From contig CAYLHR010000002.1 of NCBI GenBank assembly GCA_964383335.1, forward strand, positions 1 through 48,743: DNA of 48,743 nucleotides, in the 5' to 3' direction. The notes below the pieces were generated by a model. The model was not told where the DNA came from. It made no database searches and was given only the letters and a program-made list of their open reading frames with translations. Position 1 is the first letter of the stretch, and every line of letters begins with the position of its first letter. This stretch comes from an uncultured Lachnospiraceae bacterium (lineage in GTDB: Bacteria > Bacillota > Clostridia > Lachnospirales > Lachnospiraceae). The translations under genes were made by a program, and so were the position numbers. Positions 38,170 through 46,184 of this stretch are shown here, one piece after another.

Positions 38170-38229
38170 GCCCGAAAAGCCCTCTTTTTTGTCTAAATGT
38201 TCAGTTCCGCCCGGTTTGTCTGCCTGATG

Positions 38230-38258
38230 TTGTAAATAAATACCGTGTATGCTATGAT
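38230..38258 (+). promoter_or_regulatory. sigma-A promoter
   Basis: TTGTAA, 17-bp spacer ending in TGC, TATGAT. Confidence 0.65.
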
Positions 38259-38373
38259 CGGACGTCGTACATAATTACCGTATTGATACTGTAAATAGTA
38301 TTAATGTCGCAAGATTTCCTGCTTTCCCATATTCTGCACAGGCAAACAGGACACCGAAGCGGAGACCCGAAAA

Positions 38374-39309
38374 ATGAGACGCCTGATTCAGAGTTTTAAC
38401 CCGTTCCCGATCGTTATCATCGTTTTCATCACCGGATTATTCTTATTCATTCACACGTCCTCCGTATATGCCGGCGGACCTGACAGACACATGAAATCCA
38501 CGGCAGAATGGCTGATCATCACGGATTCCTACGGCGTCACTCCGCAGGGCAGCCGGAACCGGACGTGGCCGTACCAATTTCAGGAAATGATGGGCCTGCC
38601 GGATTCAGACATGTGCTTCCTGCGCCTGAACGGGTACGGATACGCGAGGCGCGGACATCGGTATATTGACAAAGTAAAAGCGCTTCCGAAGAATCAACAT
38701 CTCAGGCGGATTATCGTGACGGGCGGCATCAACAATGACAAACATGAACCCCTCTCCGAAATCAAATCGGAGATGGAAAAGCTGAACCGTCTGTTCGGGA
38801 AATACTTCCCGAACGCGTCGGTTTACATGGCGGTTCCCAACTGGAATTTCAAGGAGGCAAAGCACTCTTTTCTGCGGCAGCGGAAAGCCCTCTACAGGTC
38901 TTACGGAAAAAAGCTCGGGTGGAAATGGCTGCCCGCGGTATCCGGGGCACTGGAGGGTGAAACCGGCTGGTATCAGAGTGATTTTCACCACCCCAATATC
39001 AGGGGAGCCAGACTCATCGCCGAGGCCGCATTTTACTCCTTCCGCGGGTACCGGCAGCAATACCTGGTCCACTATACGCCAAACGGCGGCACCGGCAGAC
39101 CGAAGCTCCGGAAATACCGCTTCGGCCGCACCTATCGGACGCCCGCCTGCCCCTTTAAAAAATCAGGATACACGTTTGCCGGGTGGAAAGATCTGGAAAG
39201 CGGGCAGGTCTTCACAAAAGAAGACACCATAAAAAATCTGAGCTGCCGCCGCAATGATGTGATTGAATTCAGCGCCAGGTGGACAAAGTTCCGGTCAAAA
39301 CATGACTGA
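38374..39309 (+). CDS. Secreted SGNH hydrolase with C-terminal InlB B-repeat (Listeria-Bacteroides repeat)
   Basis: Signal peptide; TDSYG, GGINND, DFHHPN; YTPNGGTG...KSGYTFAGW...FSARW. Confidence 0.8.
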   Translation: MRRLIQSFNPFPIVIIVFITGLFLFIHTSSVYAGGPDRHMKSTAEWLIITDSYGVTPQGSRNRTWPYQFQEMMGLPDSDMCFLRLNGYGYARRGHRYIDKVKALPKNQHLRRIIVTGGINNDKHEPLSEIKSEMEKLNRLFGKYFPNASVYMAVPNWNFKEAKHSFLRQRKALYRSYGKKLGWKWLPAVSGALEGETGWYQSDFHHPNIRGARLIAEAAFYSFRGYRQQYLVHYTPNGGTGRPKLRKYRFGRTYRTPACPFKKSGYTFAGWKDLESGQVFTKEDTIKNLSCRRNDVIEFSARWTKFRSKHD

Positions 39310-39323
39310 GCGCCGTCCCGCAG

Positions 39324-39349
39324 AAAAAGAGGGCGCCCCCGGCGCCCTC
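39324..39349 (-). terminator. Rho-independent terminator of the phosphonate genes
   Basis: GAGGGCGCC-GGG-GGCGCCCTC plus T5 on minus strand at the stop codon. Confidence 0.65.
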
Positions 39350-40532
39350 ACCCCAATATCTCCCGGTACAGACCCCGCGCCGCCTCCGGATCCAGCCGCA
39401 CGGGATTGTTCTTCAGCCGCACGGGGTTCACGGAGCGAACGAGAAGCTCCAGCTGCTCCTCCGACTCAGGTACCGGCACGGAGAGACCCAGCCGCTCCAC
39501 GATCTCCGCAAATGCGGCCGGTCCTTTTTCCATATCGGAAATGCTCTCCTGCCCCGGGAGGCCGGATCCTTCCGGTTTCTCCCCCGGCAGTCCGGCCCGG
39601 GCCGCCTCCCCGGCGAACAGCTCCGAGAGGCTGAAAAACATCTCCGAGAGATAGTCCCGCCCGCGGGGATCGACCGCATCCTCCGTATGACTCACCATAT
39701 ACGGCCAGAGCCTCCGGCAGCAGAGCGCCGCGGCGTGTCCGTGCGCGATCCCGAAGAGACCCGTCAGCTTATAGCAAAGAGCGTGCCCCGCCGTGGTCTG
39801 GGCAATATTGATGGCCTTTCCCGCAAAATGGGCCGCCTCCAGCATGGCCGCATTTCCCTCCGGATCATTAGCGAGATACGCCTCCATATTCCGCAGAATC
39901 ATCCGGACCGCCTGCGCTGAATACGCCCGGCTCTCCTCATTCGAGTGGACCGACCAGTACGATTCGACCGCGTGGCAGAGCGCGTCCAGCATCGACGCCT
40001 TTCTCTGATAATCGGGCAGCGTGGTGAGGAGGGACGGGTCCATGTAAACCGCCTGCGGGATCATGCTGTCGTGCGTCACCGACTGCTTCTCCCCGTTCCG
40101 GTAGACGACCGCATATCTGGTCGCCTCACTGCCGGTCCCCGCGGTTGTCGGAACAGCCAGAAACGGAATCCCGCAGGGGACAATCTCCTGCTTCAGATAA
40201 TCCTCCGCCGGATCCAGGCCCGCCCAGAGCCTTATGCACTTGGCGACGTCCATGGCGCTTCCCCCGCCGACCGCGGCGATGCAGTCACAGCCCTCTCTCC
40301 GGAACACCTCACAGCCCTTCACGGCCGATTCATAAAGCGGATTCGGCTGAAAGTCGCGGAAGCGGACGACCCGGATGCCGAGCCGCTCCGGCAGCTGCTC
40401 AAAATAGGTATCCAGCTCCCTCATCCCGTGAATGGACCCGCCGGCGACAAGAAGAACCGCGCGGCAGGCCGTGCCGCGAAACCAGCGGTCGAGCGCGGCG
40501 GTTCCCCCGTCCGCGCGGATGATCTCACTCAT
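39348..40532 (-). CDS. Phosphonoacetaldehyde reductase (iron-containing alcohol dehydrogenase)
   Basis: FQPNP, GGGSAMDVAK, PTTAGTGSEAT, DALCHAVES, GKAINIAQTTAGHA, RLKNNP; follows aepY. Confidence 0.88.
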   Translation of the reverse strand: MSEIIRADGGTAALDRWFRGTACRAVLLVAGGSIHGMRELDTYFEQLPERLGIRVVRFRDFQPNPLYESAVKGCEVFRREGCDCIAAVGGGSAMDVAKCIRLWAGLDPAEDYLKQEIVPCGIPFLAVPTTAGTGSEATRYAVVYRNGEKQSVTHDSMIPQAVYMDPSLLTTLPDYQRKASMLDALCHAVESYWSVHSNEESRAYSAQAVRMILRNMEAYLANDPEGNAAMLEAAHFAGKAINIAQTTAGHALCYKLTGLFGIAHGHAAALCCRRLWPYMVSHTEDAVDPRGRDYLSEMFFSLSELFAGEAARAGLPGEKPEGSGLPGQESISDMEKGPAAFAEIVERLGLSVPVPESEEQLELLVRSVNPVRLKNNPVRLDPEAARGLYREILG

Positions 40533-40547
40533 GCAATGCCCCCCTCT

Positions 40548-41696
40548 TTATTCCTGCGGGCGCTCTTCTCCATCCTGCAGCCCGGCGAGATAAGACATAA
40601 AGCTCCGTTTGTTCTCAAGCGCCGTCGTCGTCGGCCGCCCCAGGTCATCCCTCGCTCCGAGGGCGCATTTTGCCTCGATAAACGTCAGCCCTCTCCGCCC
40701 CTTCGCCGCGCGGAGCGCGCGGTCCAGCTCCTCATAACCGCAGATAGATACCGCGTTCGGATAGCCCAGCGCCCTCGCGGCGGCGACGAGATCCGTCTTC
40801 GCGGCGACGGTGGGCATGCCGCCTACGGTCTCATGCGCGCCGTTGTTGATCACGACGTGAACCAGGTTCTCCGGCGCGTTGGCGCCGATCACCGCCATGG
40901 CGCCCATGTGCATGAGCACCGCGCCGTCCCCGTCCACGCACCAGACCTTCGTCCCCGGCTTGTGGAGCGCCACGCCGAGGGCTATGGAGGAGCTGTGTCC
41001 CATGGAGCCGACCGTGAGGAAATCGTACCCGTGTCCCTGCCCGTTCGCCTCCCGGATCTCGAAGAGCTCGCGGCTGGCCTTGCCGGTCGTCGAGATCACG
41101 GGATCCGTACCGGAAACATCGGTGATGTGCCGGATCACCTCCTCCCGGATCATGGAGTATTCGTTCCCGTATTTCACCTTCTTTTCGCAGGTGAGAGCGC
41201 CCTTCCGGATCACGAAGGCGACGTCCCTGCCGGCACTCAGATCCGCCCGGAAGTCCTCCATGACCACCCGGAGCTCCTCCTCCGTCGTCTCACGGCTGAC
41301 GACCGCGTTCCGGATCCCCATATCGTCGAGGAGCGTCCGCGTCACCTCTCCCTGATAGATATGCTGCGGCTCATCACGCACGCCCGGCTCCCCGCGCCAC
41401 CCCACGACAAAGATGACGGGGATCGCGTAGACCCGGTCATTCAGCAGGGAGGCTGCCGGGTTGATGATATTTCCCTCGCCGCTGTTCTGCATATAGACAA
41501 CCGGAACTTTCCCCGTTGCCAGGTGATATCCCGCCGCGAGCGCGGCGCAGTTTCCCTCGTTCGCCGCGATGATGTGATGGCGCGGATCGATGCCGTAGGT
41601 GTCCATCAGATAGCTGCAGAGCGCCTTCAGCTGTGAGTCCGGCACCCCGGTGTAAAAATCCGCTCCCAGAATTTCCGCAAATACTTTCGCGTCCAT
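40548..41696 (-). CDS. aepY: Phosphonopyruvate decarboxylase
   Basis: TGVPDSQLK, ANEG, YMQNSG, GWRGEPG..DEPQH, STTGKASRELF, VGSMGH, DGDGA, DLGRP. Confidence 0.95.
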   Translation of the reverse strand: MDAKVFAEILGADFYTGVPDSQLKALCSYLMDTYGIDPRHHIIAANEGNCAALAAGYHLATGKVPVVYMQNSGEGNIINPAASLLNDRVYAIPVIFVVGWRGEPGVRDEPQHIYQGEVTRTLLDDMGIRNAVVSRETTEEELRVVMEDFRADLSAGRDVAFVIRKGALTCEKKVKYGNEYSMIREEVIRHITDVSGTDPVISTTGKASRELFEIREANGQGHGYDFLTVGSMGHSSSIALGVALHKPGTKVWCVDGDGAVLMHMGAMAVIGANAPENLVHVVINNGAHETVGGMPTVAAKTDLVAAARALGYPNAVSICGYEELDRALRAAKGRRGLTFIEAKCALGARDDLGRPTTTALENKRSFMSYLAGLQDGEERPQE

Positions 41697-41807
41697 AGAT
41701 TATTCCCTCTGTCACATCCGCTGTTCAGCGTCAGCCGTCTTCAGATATTCCCTGCAGAGCATCTGAGCGCCGTTTCGCGGATCTCCCGATACAGATCTGT
41801 TCGTGAT

Positions 41808-42731
41808 TCAGATCCCCAGCTCGAATTTCAGCTGCGGCTTCACGGGACTGTAGTTTTTCATCTCAAAATCGTCAATCGTGATCTCCTCAAAGACACATCC
41901 CGCTTCCCTGTTGAGAACAAGGGCGGGTGCAGCCTCTTCCTCCGCTCCGGCAGCTCCGTTCCCGGCTGCCTGCCGGTCAGTGCAGTCCTTCTCCTTTGAA
42001 GATCCGTCCCTCTCCGCAAGGTTCCGGCTCTCCGCCCGGCGGAGCAGCTCCCGGGCGTTCTCCCCGTGGCGGTCGTAGATCTGCTCATTTGCCACAAAAT
42101 GAGTAAACACGCCCTCTTTGTACCCGGTCGACCTGGCGACCATCATGAGGAGCGCGGCGTACTGGATCTCGTTGATGCCCCCCGCGCCGCTGGCCGTCAG
42201 CATATCCCCGCTTCTTTGGATCATGCACATGTCAAGATATTCGCCACGCACATTCCACATGGTGAGAAATGCGCACGGCGCAAGTCCCGGCGTCTCCCGG
42301 AGATCCGGCTCCTGCCAGAGCGAGACCACCTTTCTCCGCCCGTAGGGATCCTTTCCGATATCCCGGATCAGGTTGTGAATGAGGTCATAGCGGGCCACGG
42401 TCGCGCCGTAGCGCTGCCCGATCGTGCCGTCGCCGATATCCCACGGATCCCACCAGGTGACGCCCATGTCCCGCATCTCCGAAAGGACATTGGTCGGGTG
42501 CTGGTAGATCGAGAAGATTTCGCGGATGCCGGTCTTCCAGGCCTGGGGCCGCAGCGTGCAGATGGGAAATTCCCCGCGGGCGAGGTCATATTTTCTCATC
42601 ACGTGATTCACGCTGATAGTGTGCGCAGGCGTGCCGTCCGCGTACACGGGCCGGGGGTTGATGTCCGGATAGCCGTCTTCGAGAATGTGTCTGATATCGC
42701 TGATCAGATATTTGTCTGCTTTTGTCATCAT
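41808..42731 (-). CDS. thyA: Thymidylate synthase
   Basis: RP..ADGTPAHT, IGQRYG, LAPCAF (catalytic Cys), QRSGD, QIYDRH. Confidence 0.93.
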   Translation of the reverse strand: MMTKADKYLISDIRHILEDGYPDINPRPVYADGTPAHTISVNHVMRKYDLARGEFPICTLRPQAWKTGIREIFSIYQHPTNVLSEMRDMGVTWWDPWDIGDGTIGQRYGATVARYDLIHNLIRDIGKDPYGRRKVVSLWQEPDLRETPGLAPCAFLTMWNVRGEYLDMCMIQRSGDMLTASGAGGINEIQYAALLMMVARSTGYKEGVFTHFVANEQIYDRHGENARELLRRAESRNLAERDGSSKEKDCTDRQAAGNGAAGAEEEAAPALVLNREAGCVFEEITIDDFEMKNYSPVKPQLKFELGI

Positions 42732-42904
42732 CGTCTTATAACCGTCCTGGCATATTTTTTACATGATTATGAGCTTCGAATGAAAGGGTGTGAATGCAGC
42801 ATTCTTTGAAGGACGCACGGAGAACTGAGAATAAAAATATTCAAAACGTCCGTCAGCATACCGGCTGTTCATCAGCAATTCTGATTCACAAAGAATACAT
42901 TCCC

Positions 42905-42932
42905 ATTATAATCTATGGCACGCCCGTGTCAA
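42905..42932 (-). promoter_or_regulatory. Consensus sigma-A promoter upstream of thyA
   Basis: TTGACA-16 bp-TATAAT. Confidence 0.75.
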
Positions 42933-42994
42933 AGGGGACGCCTCACCCGGCCCCGGATATTCAATTTTCCCCTATGAATTATCAATGAATTCAA

Positions 42995-43024
42995 TTGCAC
43001 GATTTTCCGCATTCATGATATACT
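42995..43024 (+). promoter_or_regulatory. sigma-A promoter of panT-coaX-coaBC
   Basis: TTGCAC, 18-bp spacer ending in TGA, TATACT. Confidence 0.6.
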
Positions 43025-43111
43025 CTCCTCGTATCCGGGAGCGGCCGGATCGCCGCTCCCCATGTATTGTATCCGCGGCTTAAGGCGGAATAATAACAGG
43101 AGGATTCCAAC

Positions 43112-43744
43112 ATGAAAGTGACAAAAGACACCCGTTACATGGTCACCCTTGCGCTTATGGCAGCCATCGTCATCCTGCTGGCGAACACGCCGCTTGGCAT
43201 GATCCAGCTGCCCATCATCAAAGCGACCACCGTCCACATCCCCGTCATCATCGGCGCCATCGTCTTAGGCCCGGCGGCGGGCGCCTTCCTCGGGGCGGTC
43301 TTCGGCATCTGTTCCATGATCAGCAACACACAGGCGCCGACGCTTCTCTCCTTCGCGTTCTCACCGTTTCTCAGCACGACCGGACTCCTCGGCGCCGTAA
43401 AGGCCATCTGGATCAGCGTCGGCTGCCGCGTCATGATCGGCGTCGTCGCGGGCTGGGTTTTCCGCGCGCTGAAGACAATGAAGGTTCCGTCTCCGGTCCG
43501 TCTGGCCCTGACCGGCTTTATCGGCTCCATGACCAACACCATCCTTGTCATGGGCAGCATCTACTTCCTCTTCGCGAGGCAGTACGCCGAGGTCAAAAAT
43601 GTGGGCATGGAAGCGGTCTTCGGCCTCGTCATGGGAACCGTGACGGCATCCGGCATTCCCGAAGCCATCGCGGCGGCGGTGCTCGTCGGCGTGATCACGG
43701 AGGGCATCCGGCACGCGGGCGTGCTGCAGCAGAGTATGGCCTGA
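43112..43744 (+). CDS. panT: ECF transporter S component, pantothenate (PanT-like)
   Basis: TPLGMI, ATTVHIPVIIGA, TNTILV, GIPEAI; next to coaX/coaBC. Confidence 0.85.
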   Translation: MKVTKDTRYMVTLALMAAIVILLANTPLGMIQLPIIKATTVHIPVIIGAIVLGPAAGAFLGAVFGICSMISNTQAPTLLSFAFSPFLSTTGLLGAVKAIWISVGCRVMIGVVAGWVFRALKTMKVPSPVRLALTGFIGSMTNTILVMGSIYFLFARQYAEVKNVGMEAVFGLVMGTVTASGIPEAIAAAVLVGVITEGIRHAGVLQQSMA

Positions 43745-43790
43745 TGCGGCAGAGTACATCTGCTTCCCGCACCTCTTACGTACCGTAATC

Positions 43791-43839
43791 AAAACTCCTC
43801 TTTTCAGGCGTCCCCAGCAGGCCGCCGGGAGGAGTTTTT
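43791..43839 (+). terminator. Stem-loop with U-tract between panT and coaX
   Basis: AAAACTCCTC...GAGGAGTTTT(T). Confidence 0.45.
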
Positions 43840-43882
43840 GATCTGTTTTTCCGCTGACCTGTTTTTTCATGAGGATTTCCAT

Positions 43883-44647
43883 ATGCTTCTTGCCATCGAT
43901 ATCGGAAACACGAACCTGGTTCTGGGCTGCCTGGACGATGAGCGCATCTGCTTCTCCGAGCGGTTGTCCACGGATCACAGCAAGACGGCTCTCGAGTACG
44001 CGCTCGCCTTTAAGAGCGTTCTCGAGCTCCACGGCATCGCGCCTGAGGAGATCACGGGCGCCATCATCGCGTCCGTCGTTCCCCCGATCACCGCGCTTAT
44101 GACGGAGGCTCTGGACAAGATCATATCCTGCAGGATCATGATCGTCGGACCGGGTCTTAAGAACGGGCTTAAGATTCAGATGGATAATCCCGCCCAGGTG
44201 GGCGCGGATCTTATCGTCGGGGCAGTCGCCGGCATCCGCGACTACACGTGCCCCCTCATCCTCATCGACATGGGAACCGCGACGACGATCTGCGTCGTCG
44301 ACCGGAATAAGACCTACACGGGCGGTATGATCCTGCCGGGTCTCCGGGTCTCCCTCGACTCGCTCACCTCCCGCACCTCCCAGCTGCCCAGGATCGGGCT
44401 CGACCCGCCGAAGCGGCTCATCGGAAAGAACACCATCGAGTGCATGAAAAGCGGCATCCTCTACGGCAGCGCGTCCATGCTGGACGGCATGATCGACCGC
44501 ATCGAGGAGGAGCTGGGCGAACCCGCGACGGCCGTCGCGACCGGCGGCCTCGCCGGGACCATTGTGCCCCTCTGCCGGCATGAGATCATTCTCGACGACG
44601 ACCTGCTGCTCCGCGGACTGCGGTATATCTGGGAGAAGAACTGCTGA
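43883..44647 (+). CDS. coaX: Type III pantothenate kinase
   Basis: LAIDIGNTN, SVVP, VGADL, IDMGTATT, GGMILPG, VATGG; start 43883. Confidence 0.95.
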   Translation: MLLAIDIGNTNLVLGCLDDERICFSERLSTDHSKTALEYALAFKSVLELHGIAPEEITGAIIASVVPPITALMTEALDKIISCRIMIVGPGLKNGLKIQMDNPAQVGADLIVGAVAGIRDYTCPLILIDMGTATTICVVDRNKTYTGGMILPGLRVSLDSLTSRTSQLPRIGLDPPKRLIGKNTIECMKSGILYGSASMLDGMIDRIEEELGEPATAVATGGLAGTIVPLCRHEIILDDDLLLRGLRYIWEKNC

Positions 44648-44679
44648 CCGGGCCGGAACTGGTCTGAGAAAAAACGAAG

Positions 44680-44824
44680 CTGAAATGCAGTCCGGATGAA
44701 GAAATAGCATGGTCCAGACTGCATCCACAACTGAAACGCAGTCCAAGCGAAGATTAAGCAAGGTTCTGACTGCGTTTGACGTTAAAACGCAGTCCTGACG
44801 AAGATAAAGCAGGGTTCAGACTGC
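44680..44824. repeat. Three tandem 51-bp units, each with internal inverted repeat GCAGTC-N24-GACTGC
   Basis: Units start at 44680, 44731, 44782. Confidence 0.85.
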
Positions 44825-44881
44825 TGCGGTCCCATACGCGGGCCGCGCAGCCAGCCACACAACACGGGGGAGGACCTTCAT

Positions 44882-46075
44882 ATGCTGAAAGGAAAGACCG
44901 TCATACTCGGCGTCACGGGGAGCATCGCCGCCTATAAGGCCGCGGATCTCGCGAGCCGCCTCATTAAGCAGCACGCGGAGGTCCACGTGATCATGACCGC
45001 GAACGGCACAAATTTCATCCACCCGATCACCTTCGAGACCCTGACCGGCCGCAAATGCCTGACCGACACCTTCGACCGGAACTTCGAGTTCGAGGTGGAG
45101 CACATCGCCCTTGCCAAAAAGGCGGATCTGGCTGTCATCGCGCCCGCGACCGCCAACGTGATCGCGAAACTCGCCCACGGCATCGCCGACGACATGCTGA
45201 CGACGACGCTCCTCGCCTGCACATGCCCCGTCATCATCGCGCCCGCCATGAACACCCGCATGTATGAAAATGCGGCCACAAGGGACAACATGTCCCTCCT
45301 GGCCTCGCGCGGATATACGTTCATTGAGCCGGTCTCCGGCCATCTGGCCTGCGGGGACGAGGGGAAGGGGAAGCTGGCGGATCCGGCGGATATTGCGGAG
45401 CGGATCATTTTTGAGATCGCCTGTGAAAAGGATTTCGCGGGAAAGAAGGTGCTCGTCACGGCCGGGCCGACCTGCGAGGCCATCGATCCCGTCCGCTACA
45501 TCACCAATCACTCGAGCGGCAAGATGGGATACGCCCTGGCGAGGGCCGCTGCCCTCCGCGGCGCGGAGGTGACCCTGGTATCCGGCCCGACCGCGCTCAC
45601 ACCGCCCTGCGGGGTAAGGACAGTTCCGGTCCGGAGCGCGCGGGAGCTCTTCGAGGCCGTGACCGCGGTCTCCGCCGAACAGGACTTCATCATAAAGGCC
45701 GCCGCCGTGGCCGACTACAGGCCCGTCTCGGTGAGTGATGAGAAGATCAAAAAGTCCGACGACGACCTGTCCATCGCCCTTGCGCGGACGGAGGACACGC
45801 TCGCGTACCTGGGAGCGCACAAGGTCCCCGGACAGATTCTCTGCGGCTTCGCCATGGAGACGTCCGACATGGAGGCCCGCGCCCGCGAAAAGCTCAAAAA
45901 GAAACACCTCGACATGATCGTCGCGAACAATGTCAAGGTGAAAGGCGCCGGCTTCGCCGGGGACACCAATGTCGTCACCATGATCACTGAGGACAGCGCG
46001 GAGCAGCTCGGGATCATGAGCAAGGACGAGGTGGCGATGCGGATCCTGGACCGGCTGATGATGATCGGCGGCTGA
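44882..46075 (+). CDS. coaBC: Bifunctional phosphopantothenoylcysteine decarboxylase/synthase
   Basis: GVTGSIAAYK, APATAN, PAMNTRM, LACGDEGKG, VTAGPT, ITNHSSGKMG, AAVADY, GFAMET. Confidence 0.97.
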   Translation: MLKGKTVILGVTGSIAAYKAADLASRLIKQHAEVHVIMTANGTNFIHPITFETLTGRKCLTDTFDRNFEFEVEHIALAKKADLAVIAPATANVIAKLAHGIADDMLTTTLLACTCPVIIAPAMNTRMYENAATRDNMSLLASRGYTFIEPVSGHLACGDEGKGKLADPADIAERIIFEIACEKDFAGKKVLVTAGPTCEAIDPVRYITNHSSGKMGYALARAAALRGAEVTLVSGPTALTPPCGVRTVPVRSARELFEAVTAVSAEQDFIIKAAAVADYRPVSVSDEKIKKSDDDLSIALARTEDTLAYLGAHKVPGQILCGFAMETSDMEARAREKLKKKHLDMIVANNVKVKGAGFAGDTNVVTMITEDSAEQLGIMSKDEVAMRILDRLMMIGG

Positions 46076-46124
46076 CCCCGCAGACGTCTTAAGCCTCACA
46101 GACGAACAGAAATCAGCAGACATC

Positions 46125-46178
46125 AACAGGCATTTTCCGGCGGAAAACCTAACCGTCATCCGTCGGAAAATGCCTGTT
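46125..46178. terminator. Long inverted repeat between convergent genes, probable bidirectional terminator
   Basis: AACAGGCATTTTCCGGCGGA...TCCGTCGGAAAATGCCTGTT. Confidence 0.7.
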
Positions 46179-46184
46179 TCCGTT

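Noticed and set aside
38335-38375. CACAGGCAAAC resembling the start of a c-di-GMP-I riboswitch
   Set aside because: The expected paired stem with GNRA loop, GACGCAAAGC segment and second stem are absent
44680-44824. Possible mini-CRISPR or type III TA antitoxin array
   Set aside because: The inter-stem segments are homologous rather than unique spacers; no cas or toxin gene adjacent
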